Shown: piece by piece, positions 25,200-36,984 of the stretch | Layout: each line of letters begins with the position of its first letter | Position numbering within the stretch: position 1 is the stretch's first letter | NCBI GenBank assembly: GCA_951406725.2 | Contig: OX597833.1 | Span: forward strand, 36,456,001-36,520,000 | Source: Octopus vulgaris | Taxonomy: Eukaryota | Length of the DNA stretch: 64,000 nucleotides | Direction: 5' to 3' | Notes under the pieces: generated by a model | Databases searched by the model: none | What the model saw: the letters and a program-made list of their open reading frames with translations, nothing else | Told to the model about the DNA's origin: nothing | Translations under genes and position numbers: made by a program

Positions 25200-26080
25200 C
25201 ATTGATAAGAGAGACCAAGTCAGTAATTCACTGATAACATCAGAATGTCAACGGTTTGAACTGCGCCTATATTAGTGTAGTTGTTTGTTCTGCTTGCTAC
25301 TTTCCTGTCACCGTTGCCTGACTTCTTTACACGGGTGATGTCCACATCATATTCATTTGAAGCAGTAAGTACTCTTATTGTGATAGCAAATAATTTGTCT
25401 TTGAAACTGGATAACATTCACAGTTGTCCGCAAATCTTAGGCTGGTAGATCATTCTTCCAGCAATCTTCAATGCTTTCAGAATCTCGAAGATTAGCTGTC
25501 AATATTTTTTCGAGAAATAGATTGAAAAGTCTTTCTAACTCTGCTGCTTATTTCAAACTATTGCATTGTTTCATTGTTGTTTAGAAGTATACAAATACTA
25601 TTCTCATAGTACCCGCAATATTCCTATTAAATCTAATTGCTAAAGAACTAACACAAAAATTCTTACATGAAACAAATGGAAGAAGCTTGTACAGTCCTAG
25701 GTAATGCAATGCAGGGAAAACTATATTGGATGACGGAAGACATTCTAGACTAAGTGTGATGATACAAGCGCAATGAAAGCCAAGAAGAGAGGTGAAAATC
25801 ACACCAAGCTGAAAACATGGATGTCTGACAACAAATAAAAGAGATTATGGAGAATTATATATAAAAGAAAGGAGGAGAGTTGCAAAAAGGGGTTGAGAGA
25901 AATACTAGACTGTCAAAAAGCTTACGCAACCATCATTAGACGAAAAGAAAAAGAAGCTGCAACAACTACTGGTGAAGACAAAAATAGTAACATACTGAAG
26001 ACAGGAAACAAATTTAGAAAAAAAGCTCCGCATAACATATGAAGAAACTATACACTTGTGTAGTTTGGATAGATTCGACC
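25200..26080. mobile_element. Very old RTE-type LINE remnants (RT piece on minus ~25200-25540; linker piece on plus ~25600-26080)
   Basis: Minus: LFNLFLEKIL...KIAGRMI / SLRFADN; plus: WMTEDILD and EDKNSNIL-like peptides. Confidence 0.4.
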
Positions 26081-26303
26081 GTTCTGCACACTCTAGAACA
26101 AGAAGAACCACTAAATGCGAATAAACAGCTGGAGACACATTCTGAAGAATAAATTAGAAACAGTAAGACATTCGAAAACCAGGAAGCCAGAAGTGAGCAA
26201 TTATGTGAAAGAATATGATAGAAATGTTGCACTAAATGTGTACGTTTGTTTGTTCGTGTGTGTGTGTGTGTGTGTGTATTTGTTTGTGTCTGTTTGTTTG
26301 TGT

Positions 26304-26350
<47 letters not shown>

Positions 26351-26411
26351 TATGTTGTGGTGGAATCCTGACATCCCTGTAGAATAGCAAGTCAACTGTC
26401 CTAAACCGTAT

Positions 26412-26463
26412 GAAGGCGCATGCGCACTGTCACTGAAGGACAGAGTGGTGTGCGCAGGCGCTT
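26412..26463. promoter_or_regulatory. Pair of NRF-1-like GCGCANGCGC motifs forming a 15-bp inverted repeat; candidate promoter
   Basis: aaggcgcatgcgcac ... gtgcgcaggcgcttt in non-repetitive sequence. Confidence 0.3.
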
Positions 26464-26574
26464 TGTGAAAACAGTTGTTGAAGTCGTTGAGAAGAGATCT
26501 GGTTTGTTTCTGATCTGGTTGTTTCTGATTTGTACTTGTTTTGTTATAGCCTTGCTATAAGTCCAAGTTATAAA

Positions 26575-26626
26575 ATGGCATATACAGCGAGTTCAAAGAA
26601 AAACATAAGTGTCGACGAGACACAAC

Positions 26627-26627
<1 letters not shown>
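26575..26627 (+). CDS. Candidate first coding exon (MAYTASSKKNISVDETQR)
   Basis: AAAATGG start context about 110 bp downstream of the NRF-1-like motifs, open to a possible donor ACG|GTGTGT; the donor coincides with a (GT)n run. Confidence 0.2.
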
Positions 26628-26678
<51 letters not shown>

Positions 26679-27164
26679 CATACAACCTCACAGAAGCGAA
26701 TGAATCCATATCGGGAATCTAAACTCTTCTCATTGATTTTTTTTACATCTACTCTATGCTCCTCGTCTAACTGACAATAATAGGTATTTGCGAAGTTAGC
26801 AGAAAGTACGAACCATGGAAATGAAGGTCTATAGTTTACTGAGTTAACATCAATATGTGATTATTATATTATTGTATAATGCCTACCTCGCAGTCCCCGG
26901 AATGAATATTGATGTAGACCCATCGTAACTTGAACCAAATACTTAGTTTTGATAGGGGATACATTTTAGGGCAGCGATGTGTGTAGTCTCTTTAATCGAT
27001 ACTAGTAGTGAAATGATAGTTATCGTATTGATCTGGGGTGATGAAAGCCATACTCAAGCCACTTGGGACGTGGACTGAGAATTTAGAACAAAGATGATCG
27101 TTGTTGTTGCTAGAATTATGCTGTTGTTGTTTTACAAGAACCTATTGTAAAAGTTGTTACAAAC

Positions 27165-27177
27165 AGCGGCAGCAGCG

Positions 27178-27243
<66 letters not shown>

Positions 27244-27684
27244 ATAGTAACAGCGGCGGCGGCGGTGGTGGCTGTGGCGGCAGTGGCAGCAGCGGCGGCG
27301 TGGCAGCGGCGACGGCGGCGGTAGCAGCGGCGGCGGCGACAGCAGCGGCGGCGGCGACAGCAGCGGCGGCGGCGATAGCGGCGGCGGCGGCGGCGATAGC
27401 GGCGGCGGCGGCGATAGCGGCGGCGATAGCGGCGGCGGCGGCGATAGCGGCGGCGGCGGCGATAGCGGCGGCGGCTGCGGCGGCGGCGAGCGGCGGCGGC
27501 GGCGAAGCGGCGGCGGCGGCGGCGGCGGTGGTGGAGCGGAGGCGGCGGCGGCAGCGGAGGCGGCGGCGGCAGCGGAGGCGGCGGCGGCAGCGGCAGGCGG
27601 CGGCGGCAGCGGCTTCGGCGGCAGCAGCAGCTGCAGCAGGCGGCAGCAGCAGCGGCAGCAGCAGCGGCGGTGGCGGCGTTGCTG

Positions 27685-27719
<35 letters not shown>

Positions 27720-27798
27720 TGCTACTTTCACTGCTATTGTTGCTGCTACTGCTGCTGCTGCTTCAACTGCTGTTGCTGCTGCTGCTGCTGCCACTGCT
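27165..27798. repeat. Compound trinucleotide array (GTA)n-(GCG)n with GATAGCG / GCAGCGGAG variants-(GTA)n-(GCT)n
   Basis: Directly visible; by far the most GC/CpG-rich block of the window. Confidence 0.95.
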
Positions 27799-28059
27799 AA
27801 GCTCAAGATCGATCCTCTTCAAGAAAACTTCTGTTCAAGATCATTCCAAACATGGCTATTGCAGCATCCATTAAAACTATATGGAACTACGTTTTCTAAT
27901 TTGTCTTGTACGTATATAAGACAGCAATAGACTATAGCTTGAGTAAGTTTTATCTGCTACTTCTAGCACGTCGATCGTCACCAAAATGACTTCGTCATTA
28001 ACTGTGTGCGCATATATGTATATATATAGTTATATAAATATTTATATGTATATTGTGTT

Positions 28060-28317
28060 CTTTCTTTTCATTCTTTTATTCTTTTACTTGTTTCGGTCAT
28101 TTGACTGCGGCCATGCTGGTTGCACCGCCTTTAGTCGAGCAAATCTACTCCAGGACTTATTCTTTGTAAGCTTAGTACTTATTCTATCGAGCTCTCTTGC
28201 CGAACCGCTAAGTGGCGGGGACGTAAACACACCAGCATCGGTTGTCAAGCGATGTTGGGGGTGGGGACAAACACAGACACACAAGCATATACATACATAC
28301 ATACATACATACATACA

Positions 28318-28353
<36 letters not shown>

Positions 28354-28508
28354 TACAACGGGCTTCTTTTCAGTTTCCATCTACCAAATCCACGCACAAG
28401 GCTTTGGTCGGCCCGAGGCTATAGTAGAAGACACCTGCCCAATGTGCCACGAACCTGGCACCATGTGGTTGGTAAGCAAGCTACTTACCACACAGCCACT
28501 CCTGCGCC
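28060..28508 (-). mobile_element. SINE family A, full length
   Basis: Reverse complement match. Confidence 0.9.
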
Positions 28509-28584
28509 AATTGTTGTTGTCGTTACATATGCATTTTTCTTAGTTGCGATTATAGTTGTGGATTGTTCACATTATCAAAATAGT

Positions 28585-29020
28585 GGATAGGGCGGTGAGC
28601 TGGAGAATTGTTACAGCACCGGGTAAACTGCTTAGGCGCGTTTCGTCTGCTTTTACGTTCTGCGTTCAAATGTCACCGAGGTCGACTTTAATGAAAAAGG
28701 TACCAATTGAGCTCGTGATGGGGGGGGGGTATGAAATCAATTTAATTCCTTTTCTGAACTTGCTGGCTTTGTGCTAACATTTGAAACCATAATTAAAATC
28801 GTTGATAAGGCGGCCAGCTAGCCTAATCGTTTGAGCACATCGGACAAAATGGATCAGTGGCATTTTTCCGGTTTCACGTTCTGAGTACACACTCCGTCGA
28901 TCTTGTCTTTCGTCCTACTGGTGTTGATAAAATAGGGACCAGTTCAGCACTGGGATCGATGTAATCGGCTGGCCACCCCCTCCAAAGGTTTTCAAGTATT
29001 GTGCCTACAGTACGAAGATT
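28585..29020 (+). mobile_element. Two tandem old SINE B-related copies (~28585-28790, ~28805-29020)
   Basis: ggcggtgagctggagaa / ggcggccagctagcctaa heads; gataaaatagggaccagt...ctgggatcgatgtaatcg core. Confidence 0.65.
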
Positions 29021-29069
29021 TCCAATCTTTGATATTGCAGTTAATGGTACGGTACATTCATCGTTGACT

Positions 29070-29195
29070 GTTGCTCCCCTTCTTGTTATTGTTGTTGTTG
29101 GTGGTGGTGTTGCCGTTGTTGTTCTTGTTGCTGCTGCTGCTGGTACTCCTGGTGATATTAATGATCATGAATGATGATGATGATGACGATGATGA

Positions 29196-29229
<34 letters not shown>

Positions 29230-29505
29230 GGTGGTGGTGGTGGTGGTGGTGGTGGTGGTGGAGGTGGTGGTGGTGATGGTGGTGATGATGGTGGTGATGG
29301 TGTGGTGGTGATGGTGGTGGTGGTGGTGGTGATGGTGGTGGTGGTGGTGGTGATGGTGGTGGTGGTGGTGATGGTGGTGATGATGGTGGTGATGGTGTAG
29401 TGGTGATGGTGGTGGTGGTGGTGGTGGTGGTGGTGGTGGTGGTGGTGGTGGTGGTGGTGGTGGTGGTGGTGGTGGTGGGTGATGGTGATGGTGGTGGTGG
29501 TGTTT
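29070..29505. repeat. (GTT)/(GAT)n/(GGT)n trinucleotide array
   Basis: Directly visible. Confidence 0.95.
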
Positions 29506-29880
29506 TTGGTATTTATTTGCTACTGTTTGTGTTTCTCTTCTTTATTATCCTGCGTATTTCCATTGCGTGCAATGTACACATACATATGAACCTGCATAAA
29601 ATACTATCAGCCGCTGCCTTAAGTTCAATACGTATATATACATGTCCATATAAACATACATATATACATGTCTATGTATTCACGCACACACTCACACACG
29701 CACACACACACACACACACACACATATATGCAGGCATGCATGTACACACACCGTCAACGGTGCCATAGAGCTAGCTATTTTCTAAAACATTACTGGTTGA
29801 AATTTATCTAATATTACCTGAGGCTGTATTTCCATAAAAAAAAACGCCTCAATACAACCAACGATTAACCTCTGCGAGTG

Positions 29881-29924
<44 letters not shown>

Positions 29925-30240
29925 CACTCACACACACACACACACACGGACGCACACACAAATATACTCTCTCTCTCTCACACACACGGAATATTGTATG
30001 AATGTATACGCATATGAATGGGTGTACATGCGTGTGTGCACATGCATAGACACATATTCTACATTAATATCCACCCGATTATACATACGCATATGTTCTT
30101 AAATAATTTCCCTTAGTTCGTTTTAGCCGTCACATTTAAGGTCATGGTGATTTGTACGCACTGTGTACACACGTACTCTCACATATACAACCTTACATTA
30201 TAGAAATATATGTATATATATATATGTATGTATGTATGTT

Positions 30241-30278
<38 letters not shown>

Positions 30279-30287
30279 TGTATGTTA

Positions 30288-30323
<36 letters not shown>

Positions 30324-30344
30324 TATATATATGTATATATATAA

Positions 30345-30602
30345 ATATGTACTTGTAAGTATGCATGTATATATTATATATGATATATATTATATACTAT
30401 ATATAATTATACATTACATACATACACACACACATATATATATTATCTACATGATAGACATATTGCATACTACATATATATATTGTATGCAATATATATA
30501 TATGTCTGTATATGTATATATATATATATATATACATATGTATGTATGTATGTATGTTATTATATATATATGTATGTATGTATGTATGTATATATATATA
30601 TA

Positions 30603-30643
<41 letters not shown>

Positions 30644-30814
30644 GTACTTGTAAGTATGCATGTATATATTATATATGATATATATTATATACTATATATA
30701 ATATACATTACATACATACACACACACATATATATTATCTACGTGATAGACATATTGCATACTACATATATATATGTCTGTCTATGTATATATATATATA
30801 TGTATGTATGTATG

Positions 30815-30846
<32 letters not shown>

Positions 30847-30987
30847 TATGTACTCGTAAGTATGCATGTATATATTATATATGATATATATTATATACTA
30901 TATATAATATACATTACATATACACACACACATATATATATTATCTACATGATAGACATATTGCATACTACATATATATACTGTATG

Positions 30988-30992
<5 letters not shown>
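30345..30992. repeat. Three tandem copies of a ~140-bp AT-rich unit separated by variable microsatellite
   Basis: atgtacttgtaagtatgcatg...attatctacatgatagacatattgcatactac starting at ~30347, ~30642 and ~30848. Confidence 0.8.
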
Positions 30993-31039
<47 letters not shown>

Positions 31040-31195
31040 TTTTACAGCATTATCTACAGTTGCACATACAGACACACGGCTACATCCCCTCCCTCACTCT
31101 TTCCAAGATCAACATGCAACATGAATGACCTCACTGACCCGCTGTCAGTCCCTCCTTAACTCGAGCCATTAGTAGAAGCTGATTCATGCAAAACG

Positions 31196-31258
<63 letters not shown>

Positions 31259-31359
31259 TTACAGACACTGCTCTTACATATACACGCAAGCACTTTTATA
31301 CCCACCTACTAACATATTCACAACACTACTATATATATACACACACACAAACATATATA

Positions 31360-31406
<47 letters not shown>

Positions 31407-31523
31407 ATATATATATATATATATCGCTATGCATAAATGGAGACACACACCACACACAGGAGATAACAAGACAGGATGTTAACTGTATATATAAAATACA
31501 GCATACACACACACACACACACA

Positions 31524-31572
<49 letters not shown>

Positions 31573-31665
31573 GTCTTTCTGTTTTTTAAATACATCTCAT
31601 TGCCTTCGCAGCAAAACTCTGTAGTGAAGGATATGAGACTAGTTTTAAGTGGACTGTGTGTGTGA

Positions 31666-31699
<34 letters not shown>

Positions 31700-31923
31700 A
31701 CGTGTGTGTGTACACGTGTGCGTGCGTGCGTAGTATATATTAAATAATATATATGTTTGATTATATATGTGTCCGAACCTATTTCTTTGTGTCTGTATCT
31801 ATGTATGTGCTTGCTATACAATTGAGTTGATTAATATATATAATACTCGTATACGAATTCATATTTTATAAAGCTGTATATATATATACATATATGTATA
31901 TATGTGTGTGTGCGTGTGGGTGT

Positions 31924-31955
<32 letters not shown>

Positions 31956-31958
<3 letters not shown>

Positions 31959-32290
31959 GGCGCATGGCTCAGTGGTTAAAGCGTCGAGCTTACGATCGTG
32001 AAGTTGTAAGTTCGAATCCCGTACCGGGCGGCGTGTTGTGTTCTTGAGCAAGACTCTTTATTTCACGTTGCTCCAGTTCACGCAGCTGTAGAAATGAGTT
32101 GCGATGTCACAGGTGCGAAACTGTATCTGCTGTTGCATTTCCCTTGGATAACATCGGTGGCGTGGAGAGAGGAGGCTGGTATGCATAGGCGAATGCTGGT
32201 CCTCTATAAACAACCTTGCCCGGACTTGTGCCTGGGAGAGTAACTTCCTAAGTGCAATCCCAATGGCGAGTCATAACCGAAGGGGATCTC
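31956..32290 (+). mobile_element. tRNA-derived SINE family C
   Basis: TGGCTCAGTGG A box, AGTTCGAATCCC B box, gtgttgtgttcttgagcaagac...cagctgtagaaatgagt body; diverged relatives at ~37707-37965 and ~53630-53790. Confidence 0.8.
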
Positions 32291-32299
32291 AACAGCTCA

Positions 32300-32353
<54 letters not shown>

Positions 32354-32453
32354 CATATGCATGACACCTTGGATCTGTCTCATCTACTTTAGCTTCAAGC
32401 CGATCACAGCCTTGTGAGTGCATTTAGTAGACGGAAACTGAAAGAAGCCCATC

Positions 32454-32494
<41 letters not shown>

Positions 32495-32495
<1 letters not shown>

Positions 32496-32688
32496 TTTAT
32501 TTAAGCAGCAGAAAATTCAACAAAACCTGTTACTCTGAGCAAAAACTGTCCGATGAACGGCAACGGGAAACTCAGAGTAACAGGTTTTGTTGAATTTTCT
32601 GCTGCTTTAAATAAAGCATATTACTCTACCACTGGTATTTGAGTACTCTTTTTTCCACCTTGTTTCACATTTATGTGTTTACTCCGGT
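32495..32688 (+). mobile_element. Hammerhead cassette family H with 5' fold-back (arms 32495-32539 / 32571-32616)
   Basis: cugu CCGAUGA ACGGCAACGG GAAAC UCAGA GUA acag (32546-32583); (TA)n on both sides. Confidence 0.7.
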
Positions 32689-32700
32689 ATATATATATAC

Positions 32701-32755
<55 letters not shown>

Positions 32756-32784
32756 TGTGTGTGTGTGATGTATGTATGTGTATA

Positions 32785-33170
32785 TATACTTGTTTCCGTC
32801 ATTTAGTTGCGGTCATGATGGATCACTGCCTTTCGGGGTTTTAGTCTAAGAAATCCACCCTAGGACCTATTCTTTGTAAAATTTGTACTTATTCTATTGG
32901 TCGTTTTTTGCCAAACCGCTAAGTTACGGGAACGTAAATACACCAACATCGGTTGTCAAGCGACAGTGGGGTGGGGGAAACACTGACACAAAGGCACACA
33001 GACACAAACACAGATATATACATAAACAACGGGCTTCTTTCAGTTTCCGTCTACCAAATCCACTCACAAGGCTTTGTTCGGTCCGAGTATATGGCAGAAG
33101 ACACTTGCACAAGGTACCATGCAATGGGACTGAACCCGGAACCATGTGGTAGAGAAGCAAACTGCTTACG
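32785..33170 (-). mobile_element. SINE family A
   Basis: Reverse complement match; followed by a plus-strand 3' half at ~33210-33410. Confidence 0.85.
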
Positions 33171-33514
33171 CGCGTGCGCCGGTGTATGTGTGTGTGTGTG
33201 TGTGTGTGCGTGTTTCTTTATCCCCCACCACCGCTTGACAATTGGTGTTGGTGTGTTTACTGTAACTTAATGGTTCGGCAAAAGAGACTGATAGAATAAG
33301 TAACAGGCTTAAAAAGTAAGCCCCGGGGTCGATTTGTTCGACTAAAACCCGTCAAGGTGGTGCCCCAGTATGGTCGCAGTCAAATGACTGAAAGTAATAA
33401 AAGATAAAAGAAAGATGCAAGGGTTAGTATGGCTTGGTGGGGTGAGCCATAATCTGAAATGACATTACTGGTAGTAGAAAACTGAAGCGAGAAGAAGCTG
33501 GACTATAAAATTGC

Positions 33515-33908
33515 ACCGCAGGTGTGGCTGTGTTTACCAACCACATGGTTCCGGGTTCAGTCCCACTGCGTGGCACCTTGGGCAAGTGTCTTCTACTATA
33601 GCCTCGGGCCGACCAAAGCCTTGTGAGTGGATTTGGTAGACGGAAACTGAAAGAAGCCCGTCGTATATATGCATATATATATGTATATGTATGTGTGTTT
33701 GTGTGTCTGTATTTGTCCCTCTAGCATTGCTTGACAACCGATGCTGGTGTGTTTATGTCCCCGTTACTTAGCGGTTCGGCAAAAGAGACCGATAGAAAAA
33801 GTACTGGGCTTACAAAAGAATAAGTTCTGGGGTCGAGTTGCTCGATTAAAGGCGGTGCTCCAGCATGGTCACAGTCAAATGACTGAAACACGTAAAAGAG
33901 TAAAAGAG
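33515..33908 (+). mobile_element. SINE family A, near full length
   Basis: Close match to 24031-24448. Confidence 0.9.
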
Positions 33909-34482
33909 TATAACTGACGATCGTGACGATGCAGAGGTATTTAAAGATGGCGTAATCGGTGGGAAAACTGAGGTAACGGAGCGATTTTGAAACAGATATA
34001 CAAAACAAAAAATTCACAATGCGAGTGGTGGAAATGGAAAGATTACAAATCTACCGTCCATGGTGTCTGATGTGATAGGGAGGGCTCTAATTCGTGACTC
34101 ACTGACCGAACACAGTCAAATCGCATGATGTTTACTAATTAACTGCATGTTTATTACTGAAAAGATGGCGTCTTTGGTATAGAACGGTAATAGTTGTTGT
34201 AGCTGTGGAGGAGATGGAGGAGAAAGTGGGTGGCGGTAGCATTGGCATTGGTGTATGTTCTAGGTGATGGTGGTGGCGTAGGCGGTTATGGTGTGGGCAG
34301 TGTTTTCTTAGTAGCGCTACTTTGCGTTAGCATTAGTTGATGGTGGTTGGTGATAGTGGCCGGAATGGGCAATTGTTTTAGCAAAAACAACAACTAAATT
34401 CGCTGAAGCGAATGAGAGTAGTTTCGTACTGTTGAGTTCAGTTTGAACCCTTCTTCCAACTACAAGCGTGCACACGCACACA

Positions 34483-34537
<55 letters not shown>

Positions 34538-34651
34538 TTCTTTCTTGTGTTTGTTATGTGTGTGAAAGATAACTTAAAATTATAACGTTTTCTGCTCTAA
34601 TATACCAACAATACTGTAACCCTCATTTAGAAGAGATGTTTGCATGCATAA

Positions 34652-34727
<76 letters not shown>

Positions 34728-34757
34728 GTGCATATATACACACACACGCACATTATA

Positions 34758-35215
34758 AGCGCAGGAGTGGTTACGTGGTAAGAAGTTTGCTTCCCAACCA
34801 AATGGTTTCTGGTTCAGTCCCTCTGCGTGGTACCTTGAGCAAATATCTTTTACTATAGCCTTAGGTCGACAAAACCTTGTGAGAGGATTTGGCAGACGGA
34901 AACTGAACGAAGTCCGTTGTATGTATGTGTGTGTCTGTGCGTGCTCTCTGTGTGTGTGCGTCTCAGTGTGTGTGTGTGTGTGTATGTCGTTGTGTCTGTG
35001 TTTGTCCCCATCACCATTTGACGACCAGTGTTGCTTTGTTTACGTCCCTGTGACTTACCGGGTCGGCAAAAGATACCTATAGAACAAGGACTAAGCAACA
35101 AATAATTAAAAAAATGGAAATAAGTATTGAAGTCGATTAGTACGGCTAAAATTTCGCATGACAGTGCCCCAGCATGGTCGCAGTCTAATGACTGAAACAA
35201 GTAAAAGATAAAAGC
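34758..35215 (+). mobile_element. SINE family A, older copy
   Basis: Head, body and tail motifs present but diverged. Confidence 0.8.
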
Positions 35216-35326
35216 GAAAAATACCTTACAAGATAAATTCTTGATTTATTGAAAGTATCTTGACTTTGAGAGGATGTTAATAGACAACTATTGACAATTG
35301 CAACCAACATATATTTTAATTAATAC

Positions 35327-36984
35327 ACAATTGCAAGGTACCCAACCAATTTGAATGATCCCGCAGAGGCAAGGTAGAAGTCTTGGCGGTTGGTAGTCAA
35401 GCAGAAGGAGAACGACGCACTCGGATCTTGTCTTCACCTCTACCAAGAAATCCAGCTGCTGACAGTTGCTGAAAGCAGAGTATAGCAAAAAGAGGTGACA
35501 TGCACTAACTACAAATACTGCTAACATGATAGTACTGCACTGACGCTTCATATACACCCTGTGTTCTTACTACATAACTTACTTAGTTTTTTGGTAAGAA
35601 ATAACCTCTTGGTTAGATTGTTATGCTATGGGCGCTGTCCTTGCGTTGCCTTGTGGATTGAAAACTTATTCTAAGATTTCCCCGCCACAACGTACGCAAC
35701 TGAAGCGTTCTTTCTGATTTCTACTCCATCAACTCTGCGATGTCCAAGATTTGGTTGTACCGTCCGTTCCCAACCTTCTATACATTAACAACCTTCTTGC
35801 TGTCGTCTCAACGCTTTACTTCTATGTAAATGAAACCACTGTTCACTCCACCTTTGTACACATACTTCGTCCACTTATAAATCTCATATAGACTCTACAC
35901 AGGTTCCATGAAAATAGACCTTGAAAACATTATCCTGTAGTGACATGACTACTTTGTTTCCTGCAAAAGCACAAAGGGAAGAACAATCTCGACCTCAACC
36001 TCTCTAGTTTTCAAACACGCTTTTAAAACCCTCACAGAAGATGCTAGGCTTCACCATGACTGATGATCACTTGATGTATATTCATCACTTCTTAAAATCT
36101 ACGTCGCAAAGACTCTTCAGATCTCGATTATACTTCAAATTAAAACAGTTGTACTTCGACAAACCTCCGGTCGTGGTAGTTTGGAGATGATTGAGTTACA
36201 CTAAGTAGACTTACTCTTTTTTCAATAACACAACTAATCTTAGCAGAACTATAAAAACCTCGGGCATTTTTCTTGTTAGGCTTCCTTAATGAATCACAGC
36301 TTTTATCTGTGTTATCAAACACTTAAAGTGACTGAAATATACCAAGTTTCAGTGAAGAAATGTCAGATGTATCTTTAGCTAGTTCCAACTATCTTTGGTC
36401 CACCATAACAAAATTTTCTATAGATATTTTATCATTGTTAGTTAAACTTTACAAGGTTTTTTAAAAACTGCAGCTCAACTCCTCGTGGCCATATTTTATC
36501 CGTTTAAACAAGAGCCCTTTCCACCCTTTACTCCGAAACTCATGGTTAACGTATGACTCAGAGCCAGGCTCGAGCAACACCTACGGTTTTTGTTTGAGGA
36601 TGAGCTTCTCCAAAATTGGTTGCATCTAATTTTGCTATTAATCGATATCTGAGAAAGTTGTTTAGTAATTCTAGATCAATATCTACACACTGGTGAGCCT
36701 GCGTGCCCTTTTTTTTCGGGAACCCACTGCTGCTTTGACATCTCCTACAATTGCAAGGTACCCAACCAATTTGAATGATCCCGCAGAGGCAAGGTAGAAG
36801 TCTTGGTGGTTGGTAGTCAAGCAGAAGGAGAACTACGCACTCGGATCTTGTCTTCACCTCTACCAAGAAGTTCAGCTGCTGACAGTTGCTGAAAGCAGAG
36901 TATAGCAAAAAGAAGTGACATGCACTAACTACAAATACTGCTAACATGATAGTACTGCACTGACGCTTCATATACACCCTGTGT
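35327..36984 (-). mobile_element. LTR-like pair: 238-bp direct repeats at 35327-35564 and 36747-36984, ~1.18 kb apart
   Basis: About 5 mismatches counted by eye; on minus the right copy is followed by ...TGTCA and GCAGCAGTGGGTTC, resembling a tRNA-Leu PBS. Confidence 0.5.
35590..35960 (+). mobile_element. Very old LINE RT remnant inside the direct-repeat pair
   Basis: LLVRLLCYG...WIENLF...LLYINNLL...FYVNETTVH resembles LLxKLxxYG...LLFINDL...YADDST. Confidence 0.4.

Noticed and set aside
27132-27806. 224-aa Ala/Arg/Pro-rich ORF
   Set aside because: Entirely trinucleotide repeat, open in several frames on both strands
30345-30992. Repeat-spacer-like arrangement reminiscent of CRISPR
   Set aside because: Eukaryotic context, ~140-bp units, spacers are microsatellite, no cas genes
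31956-32030. tRNA gene (also 51870 and 58936)
   Set aside because: Cloverleaf incomplete and continues into SINE body; these are SINE heads
33914-33935. CTGACGA-TCGT-G-ACGA as a hammerhead
   Set aside because: No GAAA after the stem
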